From: Candidatus Iainarchaeum sp.
GTDB lineage: Archaea; Iainarchaeota; Iainarchaeia; Iainarchaeales; JAXPJC01
Assembly: GCA_016187745.1 (NCBI GenBank)
Contig: JACPJC010000005.1
Span: 32,001-96,000, forward strand
Reading direction: 5' to 3'
DNA: 64,000 nucleotides
In this document: positions 45,820 to 55,155 of the stretch, piece by piece
Position numbering within the stretch: position 1 is the stretch's first letter
Layout: every line of letters begins with the position of its first letter
Notes under the pieces: model-generated
What the model was told of the DNA's origin: nothing
Seen by the model: the letters and a program-made list of their open reading frames with translations, nothing else
The model's database searches: none
Position numbers and translations under genes: made by a program

Positions 45820-47031
45820 CTACCATCTGCCAGTCAGCTTTGCCCCGACATATGGCGCCCCGCCAGGCGTCCTCATAGGTCCCAGGTCCACATTTATGTT
45901 TCTCTCCCTGAGCAATTTCGGGTCAATCCTGCCTGTGAGTGCGGCTTTCCCAAGCCCGCGCAATGTTGACCAGTTTAATGCAAGGTCCATAACCGCGGCT
46001 GCGCCAATCATCCCCCTGCTAACGCCTGTTTCCCTGGAAATGCCGTTCAGGTCATTGATGGATTCTTTGCTTCCCCCAAACAAATAAGCGCTTGCAACAT
46101 ATGTCGGGAAGTCAAGCCTTCCAAAAAGGCCCGCAGTTGCCCAGAATGATGCATGCGCAGGGTCCCCCATAGCCAGATTCTCGGCCATATGGGCGAAATT
46201 TCTTGAATTTTCCAGCCCGCTGACATATACATCAAGCAGGACCCTGCTTGCCGCCTTCGGGTCCTTATCCGCCAATTCCCTGAATTTCTCCGAGTCATAC
46301 CATGTTATCTTGCCGCTGACAGGAAGAAGGCTGGCGCGGAATCTGACATTAAATTCCACGTTTTCAAAAAGATTTCCATAGCTATGTATTGTTTCCAAAT
46401 GCCCCAAATACTCGTGTGCAAAACTCGCAAGCAGGTTGGTGCTGACCGCAGTTGCAACACCCCCAACAAGCGTTAATTTTTGTTCGCCGCCAATAACTCT
46501 TGCAGCCAAAGCCTCAGGCCCGCCTTTTCCTTTTTTTGCGAAGCCCTCGGCTTCCATAACTGATTTCACGCAGCCCGGAGCAAACTTCTGAGCAACAGGC
46601 AGCTGGGAATCATTTATTTCAACCAATCTCATTTCTGCGGTGTTTTTAATCATTTCCTGCGGATTTTCAAGCCCAAACAGGCCTTTTGCATTTATTTCGC
46701 GCACAATTGGTGTTGGCTTTCTGGCTCCGCGCAACATTGCGCTAACATCTTCCTGGACAGCAGCCAGCCTCGGGGCAATTAATGAAGGCAGGATAAACCC
46801 AAGCGCCCCGAGCGCAATGCGCCTTTTGAGGGAGGAATTCCCAAAAAACCTTCCCCGCCGCAGATTCTCAACAGGCGTTTTATTTGGAAAGGGGATTCTG
46901 ATTTTCCCGGGAGGGGCGGCGCGCCGGTTCCCAAATACCGGGAAACGCCGGTTTCCTCTTTTGGATAAACGCCTGTTCTGCGCACTAAGGTTGATATTGC
47001 TCCTGTTTCCAACAATTATTGATCTGCCCAT
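45820..47031 (-). CDS. Hypothetical protein with a long Arg-rich N-terminus, a hydrophobic segment and an HEYLGH motif
   Basis: 403 aa ORF; possible Zn-metallopeptidase-like motif. Confidence 0.6.
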   Translation of the reverse strand: MGRSIIVGNRSNINLSAQNRRLSKRGNRRFPVFGNRRAAPPGKIRIPFPNKTPVENLRRGRFFGNSSLKRRIALGALGFILPSLIAPRLAAVQEDVSAMLRGARKPTPIVREINAKGLFGLENPQEMIKNTAEMRLVEINDSQLPVAQKFAPGCVKSVMEAEGFAKKGKGGPEALAARVIGGEQKLTLVGGVATAVSTNLLASFAHEYLGHLETIHSYGNLFENVEFNVRFRASLLPVSGKITWYDSEKFRELADKDPKAASRVLLDVYVSGLENSRNFAHMAENLAMGDPAHASFWATAGLFGRLDFPTYVASAYLFGGSKESINDLNGISRETGVSRGMIGAAAVMDLALNWSTLRGLGKAALTGRIDPKLLRERNINVDLGPMRTPGGAPYVGAKLTGRW

Positions 47032-47124
47032 CTGCTCTCAAATCAATTATATCTTAAGAGGTATTAATGCCTTTCGGCATATTCTTTAAATATCCTTTCA
47101 GCCATTTTATTCTCAGGAATTGGA

Positions 47125-48258
47125 ATGCCTCGCAACATATTTGAGAATGCAGCGCTTGAGGGCGCAATATTCAAGAATGAAAGTTATCTGTATCCGGAAT
47201 TCGTTCCCGAGCGCCTCCCGCACCGCGAGGCGCAGATTGATGCGCTTGTTTACTGCTTCTCCCCGATAGCAAAAGGCGCAAAGCCGCACAATGTCTTTGT
47301 CCATGGGAAAACCGGAACAGGGAAAACCGTAACAGTGAAATATGTGATGAATGAGCTGCAGGAGCACACTGACCGCGCGAAAGCGCTTTACATAAACTGC
47401 TTTGAGTTTTCCTCGCGCTCTTCTGTCCTTTCGGAAGTCGCAAACTTCATTGGCGCTGTTGTTCCAAGGCGCGGGCTCTCAACTGATGAGATATACTCAA
47501 AACTTCTTGAAAGCGCCAGGCGCCTGCAATTTACCCCCATAATCATCCTTGATGAGGCGGACCAGCTCTCAGTTCAGGGAAAGGAGGATGCCTCAAAGCT
47601 GCTTTACGATTTGCTGCGCATAATAGAATATGAAAAAATCCGCTTCGGGATTGCGCTCATTTCAAATTCCGGGGAATTCCTTGCAAAGCTTGATGCAAGA
47701 GTAAGGAGCTCCCTTGCCGAGGAGCGCATTGAATTCGAGCCCTATTCCCCCATTCAATTGAAGGAAATCCTGAGGGAGCGCGCGGAATTTGCATTCCTTC
47801 CAAATGCGCTTGAGAATGAGGTTATAAATGTCGCTGCGGCGCACGCTGCAAAATTGGGGGGAGACTGCAGGATTGCGATTGAAAGTTTATGGAAAGCGGG
47901 AAGGATTGCGGAAAAGGAGGGCGCAGGGAAACTCACATTAAAGCACCTGCGCAGCGCCTTTGAGCTTATTGAAAGCTCCCCGGGAAGAAAGCCCGCGAAT
48001 TTCCTTTCCGGAACAGAAAAGGCAATGCTCAAAATAATCCTGCAGGAAAAGCAGCTCAATTCAGGTGAACTGTTCAGGAAATACAATGAAAGCGCAGGGG
48101 AAAAGCTCAGCGAGAGGCGCCTGCGCGAAGTTGCAACCGGGCTTGAAAAAAAGCAGATAATTTCCTCAGAGGGAATAAACCTTCCGGAAAGGGGCAGGAC
48201 CCGGAGGATTTCGCTGAAGATTTCCCGGCGCGAGCTCGCGGAAAAATTAGGCAAATGA
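47125..48258 (+). CDS. cdc6: Orc1/Cdc6 replication initiator
   Basis: PERLPHRE, GKTGTGKT, YINC, ILDEAD, GDCRIAI and C-terminal wHTH. Confidence 0.95.
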   Translation: MPRNIFENAALEGAIFKNESYLYPEFVPERLPHREAQIDALVYCFSPIAKGAKPHNVFVHGKTGTGKTVTVKYVMNELQEHTDRAKALYINCFEFSSRSSVLSEVANFIGAVVPRRGLSTDEIYSKLLESARRLQFTPIIILDEADQLSVQGKEDASKLLYDLLRIIEYEKIRFGIALISNSGEFLAKLDARVRSSLAEERIEFEPYSPIQLKEILRERAEFAFLPNALENEVINVAAAHAAKLGGDCRIAIESLWKAGRIAEKEGAGKLTLKHLRSAFELIESSPGRKPANFLSGTEKAMLKIILQEKQLNSGELFRKYNESAGEKLSERRLREVATGLEKKQIISSEGINLPERGRTRRISLKISRRELAEKLGK

Positions 48259-48292
48259 ATTTAAATAAGTTTCCCCTATTATTCCTTCAATT

Positions 48293-49192
48293 ATGTCTGC
48301 ATTAGGCATACTGAAGAAAATTGTCCTTGCAGTCCTTGCATTCCTCCTAGTTTCAAATCTGGTTGCGCTTGTGCTTCTGCTGAATTTCAAGGCAGTGGCA
48401 TTTGAGCCAACATTCTATGAGGATGAGCTGGAAAAGCTACAGGTTTATGGCTCCGCGAAAAATCTTATTGCAGAGCTGCTGGTTCAGCAGCTTCCCGCGC
48501 AATTAACATTAATAATCCCCGCAGACCGGCTTGAAGCGGAAATAAAAAATGCAATCCCCGATTCCTGGATGAAGGTGCAGTTCAAAAGCCTGACGCAAAA
48601 CACCCTTGCCTATTTAAAAGGCGAAAAAGAAGCCCTTGAGCTTGAAATTTCCCTTTCCGAAGTGAAATCCTCGCTGCAGGCATTTGCGCAGGATTACATT
48701 GCGAAGAACATCCCCCCTGAGCTCGCAGGCGCAATAAATTTAAATCAGCTCTTAAGTTCGCTCCCGGACACATTTGATTTAACATCAATGCTCCCGAATC
48801 TGCAGCAAGTGGAGCAGGCAAGGCGGATAATACAATTGTTTTTCCTTGCGATAAATGCGCTTATTGTGAGCGCGGTAATCCTTTTTGTGCTTATAATTCT
48901 CCTTACATTCAGGAGTTTGAAATCCCTGCTCCGCTGGGTTTCTGAGCCATTGATTGCATCAGGCGCGGTATGCATTTCCCTTGCCTACACGATGCCGGCT
49001 GTTGTAAAGCAGATGCTTTCCCAGCAATTGGGCGCGGCGGGCGGCCTTGCCTATGGCGCCAATACAATTTCCGCATTTATAGCGGATTTCGCAAACGCAA
49101 TCTTCTCGGGCGCAATGGCTTATGGGATAGCGCTTCTGGTTATAGGGCTGGTTCTGTTTATTGCGTCATTTTTCATAAAGAAAAAGATATAA
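48293..49192 (+). CDS. Hypothetical membrane protein with a large helical loop
   Basis: One N-terminal TM and three C-terminal TMs. Confidence 0.7.
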   Translation: MSALGILKKIVLAVLAFLLVSNLVALVLLLNFKAVAFEPTFYEDELEKLQVYGSAKNLIAELLVQQLPAQLTLIIPADRLEAEIKNAIPDSWMKVQFKSLTQNTLAYLKGEKEALELEISLSEVKSSLQAFAQDYIAKNIPPELAGAINLNQLLSSLPDTFDLTSMLPNLQQVEQARRIIQLFFLAINALIVSAVILFVLIILLTFRSLKSLLRWVSEPLIASGAVCISLAYTMPAVVKQMLSQQLGAAGGLAYGANTISAFIADFANAIFSGAMAYGIALLVIGLVLFIASFFIKKKI

Positions 49193-49207
49193 AATATTTA
49201 ACTTTTT

Positions 49208-50167
49208 TTAAATCTGCGGCGCATAATAGATTTTTTCAGTTTTGAAAATAGTTATCCAGTTGAATTCTTTTATTATTTCAGGGAATTTCAGCCTTATTTC
49301 CCTCATCAGCTCATGGAATTCTCTTGGTGTTTGAAGCATTGCCTCAAACTCAAGATCAGAAATGCCAATTGCCTCTGTTACAAACATTACATTCATTTTG
49401 GATTTAAGGAAAGAAATAAGTTGCAGATATTTTTCTGCAGAAAGGTCCTGCAACTGCATGAAGACCTTATACCATGTGTATCCGATTTTTGAATAATCCA
49501 AAACAACCATGTACCCCAGAATGACTTTGTTTCTTTCAAGCCTTTTTATCCTATACTTTACAGTCTTGTCTGATATGCCAAGCTTTTTTCCCATTTCAAC
49601 AAGCGAGGCCCTGCTGTTTTTTGCCAATATGCTAAGAATTCTGCCGTCAATAGAATCTATTTCAAAGTGCGAGAACCTTTGCTCCATCATCAGCTCATGC
49701 AAAGAGGTTTCTTTTGTGAGATATCTATGGGAGATATGGTGCGCCCTCACAATAAAGGAAATATCAACTGTTTTGAGAAACTTCCCAAACTTAAATTTCA
49801 ATGTCTTTATTGCGCCATCAAGCTCAAGCATATCTCTTGACCAGAAAATTATTAAAAGATCATATGCGCCATCAAGCCTTGTGACCCAGCCAACATCGTG
49901 CATCTTCAAAGCAAATTTAATGATGTCATCTTCATTATAGCTGCCTTGCAGCTTTATCCAAAGCCTTGCACTCTGCCTCTGAAGCTTGAAAACATCAATT
50001 ACTGCATAGTATCCAAGAATTATTTTGTTGTACTCAAGTTTTTCAAGTCGCTGCTTTACTGCCTGCTTTGAGAGCCTTACTTTTTTAGCTAAAGCTGAAA
50101 TGGGCTGTCTTGAGTCTTTGTCCAGTTCAGCCAATAGTTTTCTGTCTATCAAGTCTAGCTTATACAT
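49208..50167 (-). CDS. Tandem (double) Lrp/AsnC regulator
   Basis: LDLIDRKLLAELDKDSR and IDSIDGRILSILAKNSR, each followed by a RAM domain. Confidence 0.92.
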   Translation of the reverse strand: MYKLDLIDRKLLAELDKDSRQPISALAKKVRLSKQAVKQRLEKLEYNKIILGYYAVIDVFKLQRQSARLWIKLQGSYNEDDIIKFALKMHDVGWVTRLDGAYDLLIIFWSRDMLELDGAIKTLKFKFGKFLKTVDISFIVRAHHISHRYLTKETSLHELMMEQRFSHFEIDSIDGRILSILAKNSRASLVEMGKKLGISDKTVKYRIKRLERNKVILGYMVVLDYSKIGYTWYKVFMQLQDLSAEKYLQLISFLKSKMNVMFVTEAIGISDLEFEAMLQTPREFHELMREIRLKFPEIIKEFNWITIFKTEKIYYAPQI

Positions 50168-50230
50168 ATATTGACAATTGTAAAAAAATATTAATAAATC
50201 TTTCTATTAGTTCTGTAAAATAATAGGAAT

Positions 50231-50242
50231 TCTTATAAATCA
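50231..50242 (+). promoter_or_regulatory. TATA box for the small-ORF/radical SAM operon
   Basis: ttataaat at 50233-50240, about 30 nt upstream of ggtgga-ata-ATG (50272). Confidence 0.5.
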
Positions 50243-50271
50243 GAATGAAGGAAGATGTGTATGGTGGAATA

Positions 50272-50391
50272 ATGAATAAATGGTTAAAATCCTTGACAAA
50301 AGAGAGAATAGAAAAAGATGTGAGAGGCGAACGCTGCTCATCTCCGCTTGAAAGGCAGTTGAGGGGCGGGCATGATTGCCCCTATCCTTAA
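50272..50391 (+). CDS. Small ORF A, 39 aa, putative RiPP precursor
   Basis: MNKWLKSLTKERIEKDVRGERCSSPLERQLRGGHDCPYP*; SD-like ggtgga; alternative in-frame ATG at 50245. Confidence 0.55.
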   Translation: MNKWLKSLTKERIEKDVRGERCSSPLERQLRGGHDCPYP

Positions 50392-50400
50392 GGTATGCGT

Positions 50401-50511
50401 ATGCAAGAGAAAAATCCTTGGTTGCTTAAAAGGCGCAGAGAAAGGCAAAAAGAATCAATACAAAAGCGCTATGCCTCGGCATCCGACCAATGCAGGCTTC
50501 ATACGATTTGA
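50401..50511 (+). CDS. Small ORF B, 36 aa, putative RiPP precursor
   Basis: MQEKNPWLLKRRRERQKESIQKRYASASDQCRLHTI*; aaggt upstream; alternative ATG at 50395. Confidence 0.55.
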   Translation: MQEKNPWLLKRRRERQKESIQKRYASASDQCRLHTI

Positions 50512-50535
50512 CTACAAAACTCCCGGCTGATTTAA

Positions 50536-52125
50536 ATGCAGATTCAACTAGTTAGGCTTAGAGACGCAAGGACAAATGATGTGTTGCATTTCCCAAAGGT
50601 GGAAAGCCTGGCCCTTGGCTATCTGGCTGGCTTTTTGAAGAGTAAGGGGCTTGAGGCAGAAATCATTGATGAAGAAGTTATGGGTTTGCAAAGGAAGCAA
50701 ACAATTGAAAGCCTCCAATGCAATAGCGACATAATTGCCTTTACAGCAATTGCAAAATCACAAATCTATTCCATACTTGAAGTGATTAAAGAGTTGAAAA
50801 AGAATGGAAATAAAGCACACATAACTATCGGCGGCCAATTTGCAACCTTTCTTTTCAGGGAGCTCCTTTCCCTTGAGAATAAATTTGATTCCGTTGTTCT
50901 ATATGAGGGCGAGGAAACGCTTTTTGAGCTTGCAAATGCCCTTAATAATGAATTTGATTTGGGCTCCATTAAGGGCTTGGCATTTAAAACTTTCAATGGA
51001 CAAATAAAGCAAAATCCTTTAAGGCCTTTAATCTGCAATTTGGATTCACTCCCATTTCCTGCAAGGGATACTTTGCCTAAAGTTATTGAAAATGGCGGCT
51101 TGCCCATTATATCTTCCAGCAGGGGCTGCTATAATCGCTGCTCTTATTGCTCAATAAGCCAGTTTTATTCAGGGCCCGGAGGAAGTGCATTTCGCTACAG
51201 AAGCGCTGGGAATGTCTTGGCAGAATTGAAGCATTTGAAAGAGGAATTTCCCGAAATTAGCGATATTTGGTTTGTTGATGATAATTTTGTTGTTCCTGGA
51301 AAAAAGGGCTTGGAAAGAACAGCAAAGCTTTGCAGAGGGATAAAAGATTTGGATTTGGGAGTTGACCTTAATATTTATCTCAGGGCAAATCAAATCAATG
51401 GAAGGCTCTTGAAGTTATTGGATGAATGCAGTGTCAGGTCTATTTTCATCGGCGCTGAGGCAGGAACAAATTATACATTGCAGCAAATTTTCAAAAAGAA
51501 CCTATCAATTGAACAAACAAAAAGGGCAATAAAATTATGCGGCCAGAGGGGAATAAATGTTGACCCCGGCTTCATAATGTTCCACCCGTGGAGTACACTT
51601 AAAGAAATTGAAAGCAATATTCGCTTTTTGGAGGAGATTGGTCAATTTACCCTGTATGGGATTGTAAGCTTTTTGACTGCTTATAAATTCACGCCGATTG
51701 GAAAGGAAATGCTTTCGGGGGAAAGAACATACAAAAAACCCATTTTCAAATCAAAAGAGCTTATTCAAGATACAGTGCCATATGAAATAGCCGATGAAAA
51801 AGCAGAGGTGCTGCTCTGCCTAACTTTGAAGGCATTTGAAGAATTCCACAAACTGCCTGAGCAATTTGCAAAATTAAAGCAGGAAATAAGGAAGATTAGG
51901 TCAATCAATAAGGAAAAAGCAATGGCACTAGATAAAGAATGGACTATTAGGGTTAATGCGATGAATAGGCAGGGAATGGCTTTCTTTAAAGAGCTATTCA
52001 GATTCATTAAAAAGGCAGATTTAAATGACAAATCAATAAAGCCGTTCTTTGGGCATTTCAAATTAAAGATAAGAAGCTATGTTGCGAAAGAATCAGGAGA
52101 AATAGAAAATTTGACCAAGAATTAA
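50536..52125 (+). CDS. Cobalamin-dependent radical SAM enzyme
   Basis: SLALGYLAGFL, IGGQFAT, YEGEET, LDSLPFPAR, SRGCYNRCSYC, FVDDNF, FIGAEAG. Confidence 0.93.
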   Translation: MQIQLVRLRDARTNDVLHFPKVESLALGYLAGFLKSKGLEAEIIDEEVMGLQRKQTIESLQCNSDIIAFTAIAKSQIYSILEVIKELKKNGNKAHITIGGQFATFLFRELLSLENKFDSVVLYEGEETLFELANALNNEFDLGSIKGLAFKTFNGQIKQNPLRPLICNLDSLPFPARDTLPKVIENGGLPIISSSRGCYNRCSYCSISQFYSGPGGSAFRYRSAGNVLAELKHLKEEFPEISDIWFVDDNFVVPGKKGLERTAKLCRGIKDLDLGVDLNIYLRANQINGRLLKLLDECSVRSIFIGAEAGTNYTLQQIFKKNLSIEQTKRAIKLCGQRGINVDPGFIMFHPWSTLKEIESNIRFLEEIGQFTLYGIVSFLTAYKFTPIGKEMLSGERTYKKPIFKSKELIQDTVPYEIADEKAEVLLCLTLKAFEEFHKLPEQFAKLKQEIRKIRSINKEKAMALDKEWTIRVNAMNRQGMAFFKELFRFIKKADLNDKSIKPFFGHFKLKIRSYVAKESGEIENLTKN

Positions 52126-53315
52126 TGGTTCAGCTGTATTTTCACAATGTCATTGCTCTTCAGCGCGTGCTCTTTTCCAAGCTTCATTCCGCTCCTGCAG
52201 TCAACTGCAGCAACAAACCTCTTTATGAAATCGCTGTGTATTTCCCCCGCGAGATCAAGCGCTGTTGCGCCTTTTTTTAGGAGATAAGCATCCGGTAAAT
52301 AATGCCCCTTTCCCGAAAGCATTTTGTGCTGGTCCTCCACGGGATAAACAACCATAAGCTCCAGCAAATTGAATGCGGTTTCATTTATCGCTTCCTGAAC
52401 TCCGGTTCCGCCCCACACATCCAATATGTTTTTCTGTATGAACTCAAGTGCCTTTTTCTGCTTCTCATCAATTTCTTTAAGCACACTGAATTCCTTCGCC
52501 CCGGGAACATATTCTATTGCGCCATTTCTTGCTGCCCTGCGCAATGCAAGTTCAGCTTCCGCACAGCAGGGAACAATTTTCTTCCCCGGCAATTGCGCGC
52601 GCAATTTCTCATAATTCTCCCTGGATTCAGGCAAATCAATTTTATTTGCTGCAATCAACATCGGCTTGCTTTTTTTCCTTATATCCCCGGAAAAGCGCAG
52701 AATCTCATCCTCATTCCAATTGTCAGGCCTTTCGCCGAAGTTCCCCTCCTTAATTACCTCCTTCACATTCTCCTCGGAAATTCCCAATCCGCTCAATTGC
52801 TTCGCAAGCGTTGGCGCAGCGCCCTTGGAATCCATCGCTGCCTGCTTGCTTAGCTTCTGCCAGCTCTCCATCAGAATTCCCCTAATCCAGTAGGAAATTT
52901 CCCTTTCAAGGAATTCAACATCCAGCGCAGGATCCCTTCCCTTTGTAGGATTTCCCTCCGCATCAGTCCTTCCGGAAACATCCAGCACGTGAATCAATGC
53001 GCGCGCCTGCATTATGTCCCCCAAAAACCTGTTCCCAAGCCCCTTCCCCTGCCACGCATCAGGCACAAGCCCAGCAACATCATAAAGCGTAATGGGTATT
53101 TCCCTTATCCCATTAATGCATTTTGAGTTCTGCGGCTGGCATTCCCCCTTTTCAAAATCAGTGTGCGCGCATTTTGCTGTTACGTATCCAATCCCCTGAT
53201 TCGGCTTTATTGTAACAAATGGCCTGTTTGATATTTCAACATCAACAAGCGTTGCCGCGCTGAAGAAGGAAGATTTCCCAGTGTTTGTTTTTCCAACGAT
53301 CCCTATCTGCATCAT
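52122..53315 (-). CDS. ychF: YchF/Ola1-like Obg-family NTPase
   Basis: GKTNTGKS, PFVTIKPN, DVAGLVP, ANKID and C-terminal TGS domain. Confidence 0.93.
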   Translation of the reverse strand: MMQIGIVGKTNTGKSSFFSAATLVDVEISNRPFVTIKPNQGIGYVTAKCAHTDFEKGECQPQNSKCINGIREIPITLYDVAGLVPDAWQGKGLGNRFLGDIMQARALIHVLDVSGRTDAEGNPTKGRDPALDVEFLEREISYWIRGILMESWQKLSKQAAMDSKGAAPTLAKQLSGLGISEENVKEVIKEGNFGERPDNWNEDEILRFSGDIRKKSKPMLIAANKIDLPESRENYEKLRAQLPGKKIVPCCAEAELALRRAARNGAIEYVPGAKEFSVLKEIDEKQKKALEFIQKNILDVWGGTGVQEAINETAFNLLELMVVYPVEDQHKMLSGKGHYLPDAYLLKKGATALDLAGEIHSDFIKRFVAAVDCRSGMKLGKEHALKSNDIVKIQLNH

Positions 53316-53375
53316 TTTATCTATCTGGGCACAAAATAGTTAAAAACTCTTGCAACGAAGCTTATATGGGAGAAC

Positions 53376-53759
53376 ATGTTCAAATTCCGAAATAAGAAAG
53401 TGCAATTGCCCAGGGCAGGCAGGCAATCATTGCGCCAAGTTGGTGATAGTAATGTTTTTGTCCTTGGAGAGCCGCCAAGGGGCGCAGGTCATCAAATTGA
53501 TGCGCTTGAACAAATGGTTAATGAGAGATTGGAAAAAGGAAAAATTTCTCTCAAGCCAACACAAACCCGCGGGGCAGGGCTGGAAAAACGCAATCCGGAG
53601 CGCAGGATAAAGATAGACCGCATACTCCATACAAGCGGCATTCCAATTGCAAGCAAAAAGACCATAATAAATCTCCTGAAAATAATAAACCGCTCCCTGA
53701 AGACAAAGGTAGAAAGGGACGTAGCCCTCAGAGCTATAAAGACTTTTTTGGGGGAATGA
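53376..53759 (+). CDS. Basic hypothetical protein
   Basis: 127 aa ORF co-oriented with rfcL and ending 7 nt before it. Confidence 0.6.
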   Translation: MFKFRNKKVQLPRAGRQSLRQVGDSNVFVLGEPPRGAGHQIDALEQMVNERLEKGKISLKPTQTRGAGLEKRNPERRIKIDRILHTSGIPIASKKTIINLLKIINRSLKTKVERDVALRAIKTFLGE

Positions 53760-53766
53760 AAAACAC

Positions 53767-55152
53767 ATGCCCGAACTCTGGACTGACAAGTATTTTCCGA
53801 AAAGCCTTTCCGAGTTCATAGGCAATTCCGAAATAGTTGGAACAATTGATAAATGGGCGAATGGATGGAATTCAGGAAAGCAGGGAAAGCCCCTCCTCCT
53901 TTACGGCCAGACAGGCTCCGGGAAAACAGCGCTTGCGCACCTTATTGCGCGCATAAACGGCTGGCAGATTTTTGAATTGAATGCAAGCGATTTCCGCACA
54001 AAGGAAATAATTGAAAGGCTTGCTGGCGCTGCAGCATTGAACGCTTCCTTCAGCGGAAAGCCGCGCCTTGTTCTCCTTGATGAGATTGATGGCCTGCAGT
54101 CAAGCGACAAGGGGGGTGCGGCAGCAATTGTAAATGTGCTGAAGCAGTCCCAGAATCCTGTAATGCTTACGGCAAATGAGATTTATTCCGAAAAAAAGCT
54201 CGCGCCAATCCGCGCTGTTTGCACTCCGCTGGAATTCAGGAAAATAAATTACCTCTCAATCGCGAATTACCTTAAAAAAATCTGCAATGCCAATGCGCTT
54301 GCATATGAGGATTTGGCGCTTGCGGAAATTGCAAAGAACTGCTCCGGGGACCTGCGCTCCGCGCTTCTTGATTTGCAGACCCTTGCAATCAGCTCCGAGC
54401 GCATTACGCTTCAGGAGGTTTCAACCCTCTCCTACAGGGAAAGGCAGGAAAAAATATTCTCAATCCTCGCAAAGGTATTCAATGCGCAGAGCATAAGCGA
54501 GGCGAGAAGCGCGAGATTCTCAAGTGAAGTGGACACTGAAATGCTCCAGAACTGGATTGAGGAGAACATTCCCAGAGCTTATGCAGATGCCAATGACATC
54601 GCCTCGGCATACCGGATGCTGAGCAGGGCTGACATTTACGAGGGAAGGATAAGGAAAAGGCAGCACTACGGCTTCTTGAAATATTCCTCCGAGCTTGCAA
54701 CAAGCGGGGTCGCTCTTTCAAAATCCCAAAAAATCGCTTCCTATGTCCGATATGAGTTTCCGCAATTCCTCAAGAAGCTGAGTGCGGGCTCCTCCCAAAA
54801 GGCCCTGCGCAAAAGCCTTTCCGGGAAAATGGCGGAGCAGATGCACTCCGGCATTAAGGGCATAATCCGCGAGGATTTAACTTACATAAAGATGCTTTTT
54901 GAGAACAAGGCAAATGCGATAAATCTGGCTGCGCAGTTTGATTTTGATGCCGAGGAAGTCGCCTTCCTTCTCAGCACAAAGCCCGAAACAAAGAAAGTGC
55001 AGGCAATAATCGGGGAGGCGCAGAAAATCAGGGGCAGGCACGCAGTGCCGGGAAAGCAATTAATGCAGGAATCCGGGATTGCAGAACCCGCGCATGAGCA
55101 GGAAGAAATTCCAAAGCCGGTTGCGGAAAGCGGCCAGAGGAAATTATTTTAA
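53767..55152 (+). CDS. rfcL: Replication factor C large subunit
   Basis: WTDKYFP, GQTGSGKT, ELNASDFR, WIEENIP and C-terminal PIP box QRKLF. Confidence 0.95.
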   Translation: MPELWTDKYFPKSLSEFIGNSEIVGTIDKWANGWNSGKQGKPLLLYGQTGSGKTALAHLIARINGWQIFELNASDFRTKEIIERLAGAAALNASFSGKPRLVLLDEIDGLQSSDKGGAAAIVNVLKQSQNPVMLTANEIYSEKKLAPIRAVCTPLEFRKINYLSIANYLKKICNANALAYEDLALAEIAKNCSGDLRSALLDLQTLAISSERITLQEVSTLSYRERQEKIFSILAKVFNAQSISEARSARFSSEVDTEMLQNWIEENIPRAYADANDIASAYRMLSRADIYEGRIRKRQHYGFLKYSSELATSGVALSKSQKIASYVRYEFPQFLKKLSAGSSQKALRKSLSGKMAEQMHSGIKGIIREDLTYIKMLFENKANAINLAAQFDFDAEEVAFLLSTKPETKKVQAIIGEAQKIRGRHAVPGKQLMQESGIAEPAHEQEEIPKPVAESGQRKLF

Positions 55153-55155
55153 CAA

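Noticed and set aside
47032-47124. Replication origin next to orc1/cdc6
   Set aside because: The gap is only about 90 bp and has no recognisable ORB repeats or G-string
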